A DNA stretch of 64,000 nucleotides. It comes from Lama guanicoe (Eukaryota). Location of the stretch: NCBI GenBank assembly GCA_013239625.1, contig MU053379.1:2276866-2340865 (forward strand). Reading direction: 5' to 3'. Positions 1 to 10,550 of the stretch are shown piece by piece. The notes below the pieces were generated by a model. That model did not search any database. It had not been told where the DNA came from and saw only the letters and a program-made list of their open reading frames with translations. A program made the translations under genes and the position numbers. The stretch's first letter is position 1. Each line of letters opens with the position of its first letter.

Positions 1-90
1 CTAGCCACTGATTTGGAAAGACTTGATACATACTGATTCCAGTAGTTCAGTGGAAGCCTGAGGCTTTGCTTGTGCAGACTCACATGGCAC

Positions 91-611
91 TGAAGTACCG
101 GTCAGCGAGAGCAGCACTCAGACAGTTGGAGAACTCACCTTTTTTACACCAACAGGCCCAGAGAAGTTAACACTTCAAGCTCTGGACCCTGTCTGTAGGT
201 TTACACAGGCGTTTTATAGGCTGCCAGTTTTACACTTTGCAGCATCATATGCAAATAAAGTACAACAGAAGTTGACCAACCAGGAACAAGCTTTGTAGAA
301 ATAGGCCAATCAGGAGTGAGCTCCATGCAAATGAAGTACTACAAATGGGCCAATCAGAAGTTAGGGAAATGAACCAATCAGAAGTAATAATGAGAGTAAT
401 AACCAATCAGGAGTGAAGGGAATAACCAATCAGGAGTGAAGGGAATAACCAATCAGAAGTGAGCTCAGGAAACCAATAGAATTCTAGGTGTAAGTTAGCC
501 GCTTTAGAGGCAAAAAGTGAGATAGCACCTCTGGGCCAGGGAACCGGATGGTGCTAAGAGGAGAGCAATGGCCCTGCCTAGGGGTCGTGCTGGTATTTTT
601 ATGGGGCTTCA
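91..611 (-). mobile_element. Solo ERV LTR (lineage-specific family)
   Basis: Inverted termini TGAAG (91-95) and CTTCA (607-611). On the minus strand: TATAAAA at 218-212, a CCAAT/octamer-rich U3 at 249-477, and a degenerate poly(A) signal near 140-145. No clean TSD seen. Confidence 0.8.
300..480. repeat. Tandem ~23-24 bp CCAAT-box repeat within LTR U3
   Basis: CCAAT at 306, 350, 374, 403, 426, 449 and 473. The unit AATAACCAATCAGGAGTGAAGGG recurs at a 23-bp period (403/426/449). Confidence 0.9.
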
Positions 612-3600
612 CGCCTCACTGGGACAAGAAGGCACGAAGCTGGGCTGGCCCCGCAGGAGACGGGGCTGCTTCTAGTTTCAGTGATGCTGGGGGTCCTGGC
701 TGACTTCCGGGAGGCGGGGCAACATTCTTTTGGGATCTGATCCCCGTAGGTGTCCCTCTGAAATTCCCGGTGGTTGGAAGCGGATGCTCCCAAACCTGGC
801 GAGGGCAGGACAGGTGGTTGGTGCTCCGCTCGGTGGCACACTTGTGCCCAGTTTGGACTTGAAAGCCCTCCTTAAAGTTCTTTATTATTTTCCTGTGCGA
901 TTGTTTCCCTGGGCAGTTTAGGGTGTGAACAGAGAAGGAGTATTGGGTCTTTTCTAAGAAGGTGTCTGCCCCTCATCTCTTTATTAACAGCACGGTGAGG
1001 GGGGTTTCAGAGGCGCCCCTGGCTCTGGGCTACCCCACCTCCCTTCCACCCCCAGCCGCTTTCCCTGCGCCTGAGCAGAGGCGTGGAGGGAGGGTGGGAG
1101 TGGGGCCAGTGAGACAGGCAGGCTGATGCCGGTCTCCATTTAGGATTCTTTCCTCAACGCTTCTTATCCCCTTGGAGGATGAGGGCTGACAGGTGACGCG
1201 CTCCTGTCCCTCCCCCGGGTGGGAGCCCTCTCCTGGCTGTGGGATGCCCCCCCCCTCTGGAGTCTGGGATTCCTGCCTTAACACATGCTTAACATGTACT
1301 CTGTTACAGACAGCTTTCCTCTGGGCACATCTCATCCACCCAGTTAGGCTGGATGTCTTTGGCTAATGTCTTTCTGTAAACGGAGTGCAGGGAGACCTCA
1401 GGGCTTCAGGTCGTACGTCTGTGATCTAAACAATACAAGTAACCTCCTATGTTGAAATATTGGCTCGGGGCCACCCCCTTCTCTTAAACCCTGTTTCCGT
1501 GGGACTCTGGTACCTCCCGGAGGTGGAGTTGTATCGAAGAGCAGGGCTGTGGGAGGGCAGTGACCTCTTTCTATTTAGGGGTGCAGGGTGCACCTCGGAG
1601 GGGCCCTTCATCCTGTCCTGGGCGTCACCGAGTGTCGCGGTGGATGGGATGAGCGGTGACAGACGGGTCGGTTGGTGTGGGCTCAGGTCGAGTGGGGTTG
1701 GGTAGGAGGAGCGTCCTGTACAAAGGAGGAGAATCAGGAGGAGAGCGGGGCGTGTGGGGGAGACACGATTTACTCTTGCTCCACTGAGAGTGCGGGGTTC
1801 CCTGCAAGGGCCTGTGAAGTGTGGAGAGAGGGAGGCTGAGGTCCAGATGCTCTGAGGGCTTCGGGCCCTGCCAGGAGGGAGGAAGGGGCTGCACCTGCAG
1901 GACCGCGGAAGCCAGTTCAGGACAGCGTCACGCCCTGAAGGACCAGGCTGCGTGGAGAGATGGGGAGGGGCTGGGAGGGATCCCATCCTCCGGGGCCGCA
2001 CAGCCTGTTGGAAGGTCAGGCCCTGCCGGGAGCTGCGCCACATTTTTGATGCAAGTGGAACCTCAGCCTCCTTTGTCTGCGAAAGGAGATAAGGGGAGGA
2101 CTTCGCAGGGAAGTTCTGGACACACTGTGGGCCCCACCAGAGTGGCCGGATCCCGGGCCGGTGACCTTGCACAGGAGTGGTTGTACCCCTGCGTCTTGGG
2201 CTAAGCACTGCCCCAGCCACGCCCGCCGGACCTGGGTGCAGACACCACGGTCCCATCAGCCTGGAGGCCGTCCTCCGCAGGGACGCGGGCGCCCGCTGTG
2301 GGAGTGAAGGTGTGCCTGAAGGCGGTACCGGGTTCTGCCGGACCGCGGCCACGGCTGGGACGCTTGTCCTCAACCTCGCAGGAGCCGGCAGGGCAGATGC
2401 TTAGACAGGAGAGCCCTCTCCACATCCTGTGACAGTGTGGGGGCCAGAGTTTCTCACGAGCCCTCTGCCATGAAGGCTGACGTGTACGGCTTCCTGTTGG
2501 TGGTCACCCTGGCCCACCAGAAGCCATCTTTGCTGCTTCTCCACCATGTCTGCTTCCCACAATTCTGCTGCAGATTTTTAGGCCATCAAGTCTTACTGGA
2601 CATACTCAGTGCAATCACAGGATGCCTGTAACTATGGAAATACCCTCCTTGGATGTAGTCAGCTCTTGGTTTCTACTCTTGTTGGCTCCTGGTTCCTTGA
2701 AGACTGATGTGGTGTGGGATTGGGGACACTAAGAACCGTGGGTCTAGGAAACTGGAGAACATTAAGATCAGAAGAACTCCTTAATCAAGTCAGGAAATGA
2801 GAACATAAACCCTCCCTGTCCAGCCCGGCCATTAAATACACAGGAGCATCTGAGCGCATGCGCACCGCACCCCAACCCTTTCTGGGCCGTGGTCGTCATA
2901 ATCCTTTCCCCTCGACTCGGTGGTCTGCACCAGCCCTGCCGGAGGAAGTGCAGGACCCTGGGACGTGGGAGTTGTTTCCAGCTAGCCGCCACAGGAGGCT
3001 CCAGAGATGGATGAAATCCACTGTTACCAGGGCTGCAACTCACCGGTGAGAATTCCACACATCTACTCCTCTGAGCACCAGCAGCTGGAGTCAGAGACCC
3101 AGAAGCCAGACCAGATGGGCTAAGATGAGATCTCACACGTTAGGGTTCAGGATCTCAAGAGCTACGTCATAAGATCTAATTTTAACTATCGATGCAAGGT
3201 GGAAGTCAGTCTCTTAGTTTTTCCCTAAGGTACTTTTCATTCAGTGTAAGTTATCAGGAAACATTAAAGTAATAATTGCAAGACAAAAAAAGTGACCACC
3301 TGTAAGGATAAAAGGGAAAGAATGGCACAAAAATGTAGCGTTTTAACTACTGTTTTCCCACAAGTCCACTTAACCTTCCTGGTCTTTGTTGGTGTTTTCC
3401 ATCCTGAGGGATTCCGTGTACATCCCGTGAGAGCTGATACAGGGAAGCACAGAGGGGTTCCGGGAGAGCTCAGCTCTTCCAGGGGGAGAGGGAGAGCCTG
3501 GCAGAGGAGCCAAGACCTCATAGTTCCCAAGGGTTTTGATGCTGTTATAAATTAAACATCATTCTAGAAACGTGAAAATCAATAATCCTGGCAAAATAGT

Positions 3601-3989
3601 TGTTGAAGTTTGGCTGAACTGAAGCCACTAGACAGCTGTATGATTCAGTATTATTTAATTTAAAAACACTGCCTTTGAAGAAGCTTTATTTTTTTGGTAT
3701 TTGGTATCTGCCAGGAAAATTGACCAAGATATGAAACCATTTGACTGCAAGCGTGTTTACACAGCACAGGAAAACCCAGCGCAGAAGCAAGGAGAAAGCC
3801 CTCTGACCGAGAAGGCCTTTCCCAGGAAATCACTGAACAGAAAAGTTTAACAGAATGAGATGCAGTTCGCCTTGCCCTCTGTCTTGAGGAGGAGATGTGG
3901 AACCTTGTTTTTCTTTAGAGTTGCTTTGTCTCATTGATCATCATGCTCTGTGGTGTGCTGCCCCGGCCACCTGGTTGCTGTCCCTCGTC

Positions 3990-4313
3990 CCAGTCACATC
4001 GTCATCTGCCTCCTTGCCAGCTGGGACTTCAGGGTCTGGGATTGTAGCCCTTCCTTTGCTAAACCTTCATTCTCCTGTCATCTCTCGCAGGGGCTCCCCT
4101 GACTGAACCCCAGCCGGCTGGACCACACTGCCCCTGGTCTGTGCCTGCACCCAGCGGGTGGACAGGCTGGAAAACCACCTGCGTGTTAAGTTCCGTGGCT
4201 GATCTCCACGGGTCCTGCTGCATTTGTCAGCCCATCCGCTCTCCTCTTCAGATCAGCCTTTGACAGGCTTTTTTAAAACATTGCATTTATATATATGTAT
4301 ATATATATAGAGA

Positions 4314-4344
<31 letters not shown>

Positions 4345-4700
4345 GGAGAGAGAGAGAGAGAGAAGTGAAATAAAGCTCGGGGCACTAACACTGCTCTGGT
4401 ATTTCCTTCTCCCTTCTCTCTGATCCTGTCCTGTCTCATTTACTGAAAATGTGCTGACGGCGACCTTCTGAACTGACCTCACCACCCACTAATGGGTTTG
4501 GGAAAAAAGGAGCCCCGGGTTATTTCCCGCGGATTCCTCCCTTCTGGAGCCTCCGCTGCCCCACTGCCCTCCTCACTCCCAGTGCATGACTTTTCTTATT
4601 TTACTGAGAAACTAGAATTAGAAGAACTTGCATCGCTCTTGCCTCAAACCTACCACCAGACCTGCTGGCTGGGCTGTACCCGCTCTGGGGATGCCAAGGA
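3990..4700 (+). mobile_element. Degraded L2 LINE fragments
   Basis: L2-like text such as CTTATTTTACTGAGAAACTAGAA...AGAAGAACTT. Highly diverged and interrupted by a microsatellite. Confidence 0.4.
4288..4363. repeat. Compound (TA)n(GA)n microsatellite
   Basis: Directly visible dinucleotide runs. Confidence 0.97.
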
Positions 4701-5041
4701 AGGGACCGGTCTGCGCCCCCCTCCTACCTTCTGGCCGTCCAGGCAACCCTCGGCTGGTGGACGCAGGGCTCCAGCCTCGGCCTGTGGCCTCCCACGCGTC
4801 CTCCCTGTGTGTATGGCTTCACGTGGCCTCCCCTCTGCCATGTCTGTGCCCAGATCTCCCCGGTCAGTAAGGGCCTCGGTCTTACTGGGCTAGAGGCCTC
4901 CTAAAGACCTCTTCTTACCTTGACCAAGTCTGCACGGACCCTACTTCTGAAGAAGGGCCCACTCTGTGTGCCACTGGGGATCAGGACTCCCGCTTACTTT
5001 GGGGACTTTGGGGGCCGGGGGACATCACTCAGCCCATGGCA
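4700..5041 (-). mobile_element. MaLR LTR (MLT1B/C/D-like)
   Basis: Resembles the MLT1 reverse-strand pattern: GACCTCTTCTTACCTTGAC...TCTGCACGGACCCTACTT...GGGGGACATCACTCAGCCCATGGCA. Confidence 0.7.
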
Positions 5042-5524
5042 GGGTGTAAAGTGGAGTTAGAGACTGACCGAGCATCCAGGCAGCGTGACCGATGCCCATG
5101 GTCGGTGGTAGAGACGCGCTCTGGGTAGTAAGTGGTCACTCTGGGGTCAGAGTGCCTGGATCACTTCTCCTGCCCTCCTGCCCTGCGTCCATGCAGGGGG
5201 TTCTTGGTGCCTCCCGGGAGTGGGTGAAGGCCGAGGATGGGAGCTGAAGGCTGAGAGAATGGACAAACCAAGTGGGTGGACCTTGACTTGGTCTGGGCAC
5301 GGACTGTACGTGAAGCCACCGTGCTGGTGTCGGTGATCTGGGGCGGCTCCGTGGGTACCAGGGTCTGGGAGAGGTCAGTCCTTAGCCAACCACAGCCCCT
5401 GCTGCTGCTGGCTTAGCGGGGCCAGCGGCCACACAACTGTACTCGAGAGACGAGTAGCAGGACTTCCGCCTTCCTACTGATGCAGCGATGCCGACCACAG
5501 TCACCGTGAAAACTAACATCACGA

Positions 5525-5622
5525 GAGGAGGGTGCAGCTCAGTGGCAGAGTGTGTGCTTCCCATGCACACGTGCTGGGTTCCATCCCCAGTACCTCCGTT
5601 AAAAAGCAGGTAAACCTAACTG
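5525..5622 (+). mobile_element. tRNA-Ala-derived SINE (camelid Vic-1-like)
   Basis: A box GCAGCTCAGTGG, B-box-like GGTTCCATCCC, then CAGTACCTCCGTTAAAAA...TAAACCTAA tail. Confidence 0.8.
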
Positions 5623-5790
5623 CATATATGTTTTGATTTTTCAAAGAAAAAGGGTAGTTGTATCCTGAAGTGGCCGTCCTCGATTTTGGTGGCCTCCATG
5701 TCATTGCTTTCCTGGGACTTGTTCAGGGCCCCACGAGGCTTCTCTGTATGAAGGTTATAATCAAAATCATGCTAGAAAGTAGAACTGAGA

Positions 5791-5877
5791 GTTAAAAAAA
5801 AAATAGGTGAACCTCATTACCTGCCCCCTCCAGGAAAAAAAAGAAAACCTCAAACAAAAAAAATAAGAATAATTTAA
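5791..5877 (+). mobile_element. 3' portion of the same SINE family with A-rich tail
   Basis: GTTAAAAAAAAAATAGGTGAACCTCATTACCTGCCCCC plus an A-rich tail. Matches the 3' parts of the copies at 5600 and 29030. Confidence 0.6.
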
Positions 5878-6740
5878 AGGGTCTAGAGTTGTGGCAAAGA
5901 TCGCATATAGAAAAACTAACATCATGGAATGTGATGGTAAACATTAAATAGAAACTGCTCGACGGCGACATGTAAACACAAGCTGTTATATATGTGTAAC
6001 AGCAGGAGGAGTCATGCAGCTCTGGAGGGGACTCACGGCCATGCCCTTGCTTTCCCCTGACCAGCACCGTGACCTTGGAGGTTCCTCTTCCCAGCCCTGG
6101 GCTTCTGCCCCGTGGAACCCTGCCGTCCGCACGGGCAGGGTTTAGAGGCCGTCACGGGCTCCCCTCTTTGCCACAGACAGAAGGCGGAGCTCAGGTTCCT
6201 GAACTCAGCGTGCGTGATGCACTGAAACCGGTTCCAGCATCACTGGCCCCTTCCTGTGCCCCCAGCAGCCAAGCCCTGAAGCAGGAAAGAGCCTCAGGGC
6301 CACTCAGGGGGACGGGTGACGGCCACCACCCAGCACTGGCCGGTACCAACCCTGACCCGTGTTTCCAGAGGAAGTCAGACAGCAATGTGGACTGGGCATG
6401 TTGTATTTTTCTTGAAGCAGCGTGTGATAAAAGCAATATTTTTGCAAACAGAGAAGCAGCCAGGCCCAGAGGTGGCAGAAGATGGGGAGGAATATTTAGT
6501 CGGGAGGAGCCACGCCTCCCCCGTCTTGTGCCACCGCGGGGCTTGTGGAGGAGTTGGCAGTGCATCCCTGTCCTAGAGAAAGGGGACAGGATGGAGCCCC
6601 TGCATCCATTCAGAGCGCTTCCGGGTTCCCGCGATGCGGCAGGCACTGAACCAGCCGGGTACCCACTCTGTGCCTCGTTGAGTCTTCTTGGCCATCGTCC
6701 CGTCTAAGCCATCCTGTTGTCTTGGGAGGAGGAGGATGTA

Positions 6741-7026
6741 GAGTTGGCCCCATGTGCTGGTTCCACACCTGTGGGTTCAACCAACTATGGATCAAAAGTA
6801 TTTTTTAAAAAATTCCAGAAATTTCCAAAAAGCAAAACTTAAATTTGCTGCCTGCTAGCAACTATTTACATAGCATTCACGTTGCGTTTACCACCATTTG
6901 CATTGTGTTAGGGATTACAGGTCACCTGGAGATGAGCTAAAGTGTACAGGAGGGTGTGTGTAGGTTCTGGGCGGACACATACTGTTCTGTAAGGGACTCG
7001 AGTATCCGTGGGTTTTGGTATCTGAG
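6741..7026 (-). mobile_element. MER2-like Tigger2-family non-autonomous DNA transposon
   Basis: TA followed by the TIR-like GAGTTGGCCC. Internal CAACTATTTACATAGCATT and AAGGGACTCGAGTATCCGTGGGTTTTGGTATC. Right end truncated. Confidence 0.8.
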
Positions 7027-7034
7027 TGACTGTC

Positions 7035-7505
7035 ATAGGATTTTATCTTTTAAAGATCACCCTAGTGTCTGTTCCGGAAAGGGTTTCGGTGGAGCAGGAG
7101 TGGCCTGGAGGAGACCAGGTGGGAGAAGTCTGTCATCCTTCAGCGAGTGGCTCTGACTCCAGGGAAGACTTGGAGGCACAATTTAGAGAAAGACTCAGCA
7201 GAGCTAGTGGTGGACTTGGTATCAGGGGTGTGACGAGGAGGCGTCCAGGGTGGCCCTGGGCTTCTTGCATGGACCATGCGGTCAGTGGACGCACTGCTGG
7301 AGGGGATGGTAAACCTGGGAGGAAGAGTCCCAGGTTGTCTGTGAAGTTTGAGGTGCCAGTGAGGCTCAGGCAGAGGCATCAAGGAGGCTGACTCAGGGTC
7401 TGGGGCTTAGAGGGGAGCTTTGGGCTGCAAATCCATGGTTAGCCTTGTTCAGTACATATAAAGCCAGGGGAGGGTAACATTGCCCGAGGAGAGGGTCTAG
7501 AGATG
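7035..7505 (-). mobile_element. L2 LINE fragment
   Basis: TTTTAAAGATCACCCT, GTGAAGTTTGAGGTGCCAGTGAG and TAAAGCCAGGGG are characteristic L2 antisense motifs. Confidence 0.65.
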
Positions 7506-8474
7506 CTGTCCTGGGATTAACTCATGGAGCAGGGTGGTAACGAGTGCAGAATTTTGTTCCTGGATCTGGCGGCCGAATCTGGAGATGTTCGCAGCTCACG
7601 AGTTGGCCGCTGGTTCATTTCTCTCAGCTGCACTTTTTCCAGCAAACAGCCCCCTTGGGAGGTGGGACTCGGGACGTGCACGTCTGGCGCCCTCCAACAC
7701 AGGGCTTCTGCGTCTGGTGGAGAAGGGCCTGGGGGCTGAAGACTCCACTTGATTTGGGCAAGAGACGGTGGCTAGAGCCCGGAGGGGTGACAGTAGTGGA
7801 GTCATCGTGAGAACAGACGGTGCTGGCGCAGGTGCGTGTCACCACTGGACTCCTCACAGCCGTGCGCTTCCTAGTAAGTGCTTACACCGGTCCCGAAGAT
7901 CGGTCCTCTTGTGACACCCCTTTTGCGTTGGGAAAACTGAGGCTTGGACAGTCACCTGCTCAGGGTCAAGTTAATTAGACCTGGGACAGGGTTTGGCCCC
8001 AGGTGTATCCACGGACCGAGCCAGCAGTCTGAGGACTTTGCCATCATGTGACCCACCGACGTGTAGGTGGGCGTGGGGCTCTGTGCATCCAGGAGCCCGT
8101 CCTCCCCCAGTTGTCTGAGCCCCCAGCTCAGTGCCCGGCACAGCCATAGAGAAATGCCTGGGAAATCTGGGTTTACAATTTCCCTCTGAAACAGAAATAC
8201 GTATACAAATGTTTGTGATGTTTCTCTAGGCATTCACAAGCCTCAGTCCTTTCTGTGCCCTAAAATCTACCAGTAATTTCTTGGCAGTTAATTGATGAAA
8301 TAGGAAAAGGGGTGAAGGAAGGAGATGGAGACTTGAAGGTGCAGGTCTCCCTGCCCCGCCTTTAACTATCTTCTCTTTCATTTGTAAGGCCGTGTTGCTG
8401 GTGGACCACCAAATTCTCCTCTTTAACTAACAGATAGAGAATTTCAGCTAAAAAATTAGTTACAGTTTCTTTCC

Positions 8475-10550
8475 TTCTTTTTAAGTGTAAAATATAACAC
8501 ATTTTTATCATCTTAACCACTATTAAGGGTCAGGTTCAGTGGCATTAAGTGCATACCTGTTGTCGTGCAGCCATCACCACCGTCCATCCTCAGAGCTCTT
8601 TTCGTCTTTCCAAACTGAAGCGCCCACTCAGCACTAACGCCCCACCCCTTTCCCTGCAGCGGGTGGCAGTCACCATTCCACTTCCTGTCTCTGAATTTGA
8701 CTACTCTAGGTCCCTCATATAAGTGGAGTCGTGCAGTATTTGTCTTGTTCGTTGGCTCATTTCACGCAGCAGAAACACTGTATATGTATAAGATGAAATA
8801 CTGGCTTATTGCATGTAGCTTAACATCCTCAGAGTTCAGCCATGTTACACACATGTCAGAATGTCCTTCCTTTTTAAGGCTGGATAATACTCCATTGTAT
8901 GTAACACCACATTTTGTTTATCCGCTCATTTATCATTGGATACTTGGGCTGCTTCTGCCTTTTGACAGTTGTAAATAATGCTCCTGTGAACACAAGTGTT
9001 CCAATATCTCTTTGAAACCTTGTTTTCAGTCTCTAGGGGTGTGTACCTAGAAGTGGAGTTGCCGGATCATATGGTAATGCTATTTTTAATTTTGCGAGGA
9101 ACCGCCGTCTCATTTTCCACGGCAGCTGCACCATTTTGCTTTCCCACCAACAATGCACATGGGTCTCCGTTTCTCTGCGTCCTCACTAACACTTGAGACT
9201 TAGTGTTTTTTCTGGTTGCCATCCTAACGGGTGTGATAGCATCTCATTGTGGTTCTGATTTGCTTTTCTCTGATGATTAGTTACACGGAGTATCTTCTTA
9301 TTTGTTGGTTGGTCTTCTTTAAAGAAACATTCACACAAGTCTTTTGCCCATTTTTTTGATCTTGTTGTTGAGCTGTAGACCTTCTCTATATATTCTGAAT
9401 ATTAGTGCTTTATCATGCTTTGCAGATACTTCCTCCCATTCCGTGGTTTGCCTTTTCAGTTGATTGTTGTGTCCTTTCAGACACACATGTTTTTAATTTT
9501 GACATAGTCCAATTTATCTATTTTTTTCTGTTGTCTGTTTTTGGTGCCATACCAAGAAATCATTGCCAGATCTAATGCCTTGAAGCCTTTCTCCTATATT
9601 TCCTTCCAAGAGTTTCATACTTTAGCTTTTCCACTTTGTTCCTTGATCTGTTTTGAGTTAATTTTTGTATATGGAGTAAGTTAAGGGACCAATGACATTC
9701 TTTTGCCTGTGGGTACCCAGTTTCCCTAGCACCATTTGTTGGAAAGACTGTCCCTTCTTCACTGAATGGTCTAGGCACCCTTATTGAAGACCATTTCACC
9801 ATATATACATGGACTTATTTCTGGGCTCTATTCTATTCCATTGGTCTTTATGTCAGTACCACACTGTTTTGATTACTATAACTTTGTAGTAAGTTTTGAA
9901 ATTAGGAAGTGTGAGTCTTCATTCTTTTTTTTTTTAAACTCCCAAGATTGTTTTGGCTATTCAGGGTTTCTGGAGATTCTGTGTGAGTTTTAGGATAGAT
10001 TTTTCAGTTTTTGCACACACACACACAAAAACACCATTGGTATTTTGTTAGGGATGCAGTAAATCTGTAATCACTTTGGGTAGTAGGGACATCTTAACAA
10101 TAGTAAACTTTCCAATCCATAAATACTGGACGTCTTTCCATTTATTTGTGTCTTCTTTAATTTCTTTCAGCAATGTTTTGTAGTTTTCAGTGTATGTCTT
10201 TTGCTTCCTTGGTTAAGTTCATTAAGTATTCTTTTCCATATGATTTTAAATGGAATTGTTTTCTTAATTTCCTTTCTGTATTGTTCATTTTGAATGTATA
10301 GAAACACAACTAGTTTTTGTGTGTTGATTTTGTATCCTACAGCTTTGCTGAATTCTTTTATTCTAATTGTTTGCAGAATCTTTAGGATTTTGTGACATAT
10401 AAGATCATACCATCTTTGAACGGAGATAGCCTTTCTTTCCAATTTGGATGTCTTTTCTTTTTCTTGCCTGATTGCGCTGGCGCGGGTGTCCAGCACTGTG
10501 TTGCATAGGAGTGGTAAAAATGGGCATCATTGTTTTGTTTCTGATCCTAA
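8475..10550 (-). mobile_element. 5'-truncated old L1 (L1MB-like): 3' UTR plus decayed ORF2 C-terminal part
   Basis: Minus-strand translations include AIRQEKE, EFSKAVGYKINTQKLVVFLY and KEIKKTIPF, matching L1 ORF2, broken by stops and frameshifts. L1MB-type 3' UTR at 8475-9000. Confidence 0.92.

Noticed and set aside
300..480. Regularly spaced short repeats that could suggest a CRISPR array
   Set aside because: The units are head-to-tail with no unique spacers, there are no cas genes, and they sit inside a mammalian LTR.
1447..2373. Longest ORF (308 aa, minus strand) and other ~200-aa ORFs (6069-6707, 16686-17270, 34761-35351, 35279-35920, 41993-42622, 49040-49687, 60293-60892)
   Set aside because: The low-information Pro/Arg/Gly/Ser-rich translations are what GC-rich DNA gives by chance. 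They show no recognisable domain, overlap ORFs in other frames, and some run through MIR or MLT1 repeats.
2470..2631. MKADVYGFLLVV resembling kinase subdomain IX (possible pseudogene)
   Set aside because: No other kinase motifs appear in any adjacent frame, so this is a short chance match.
9572..10496. Reverse-transcriptase-like ORFs (also at 32046, 32400, 57259, 57705, 63030 and 63352)
   Set aside because: These are frameshifted remnants of L1 ORF2, not host genes or an active element.
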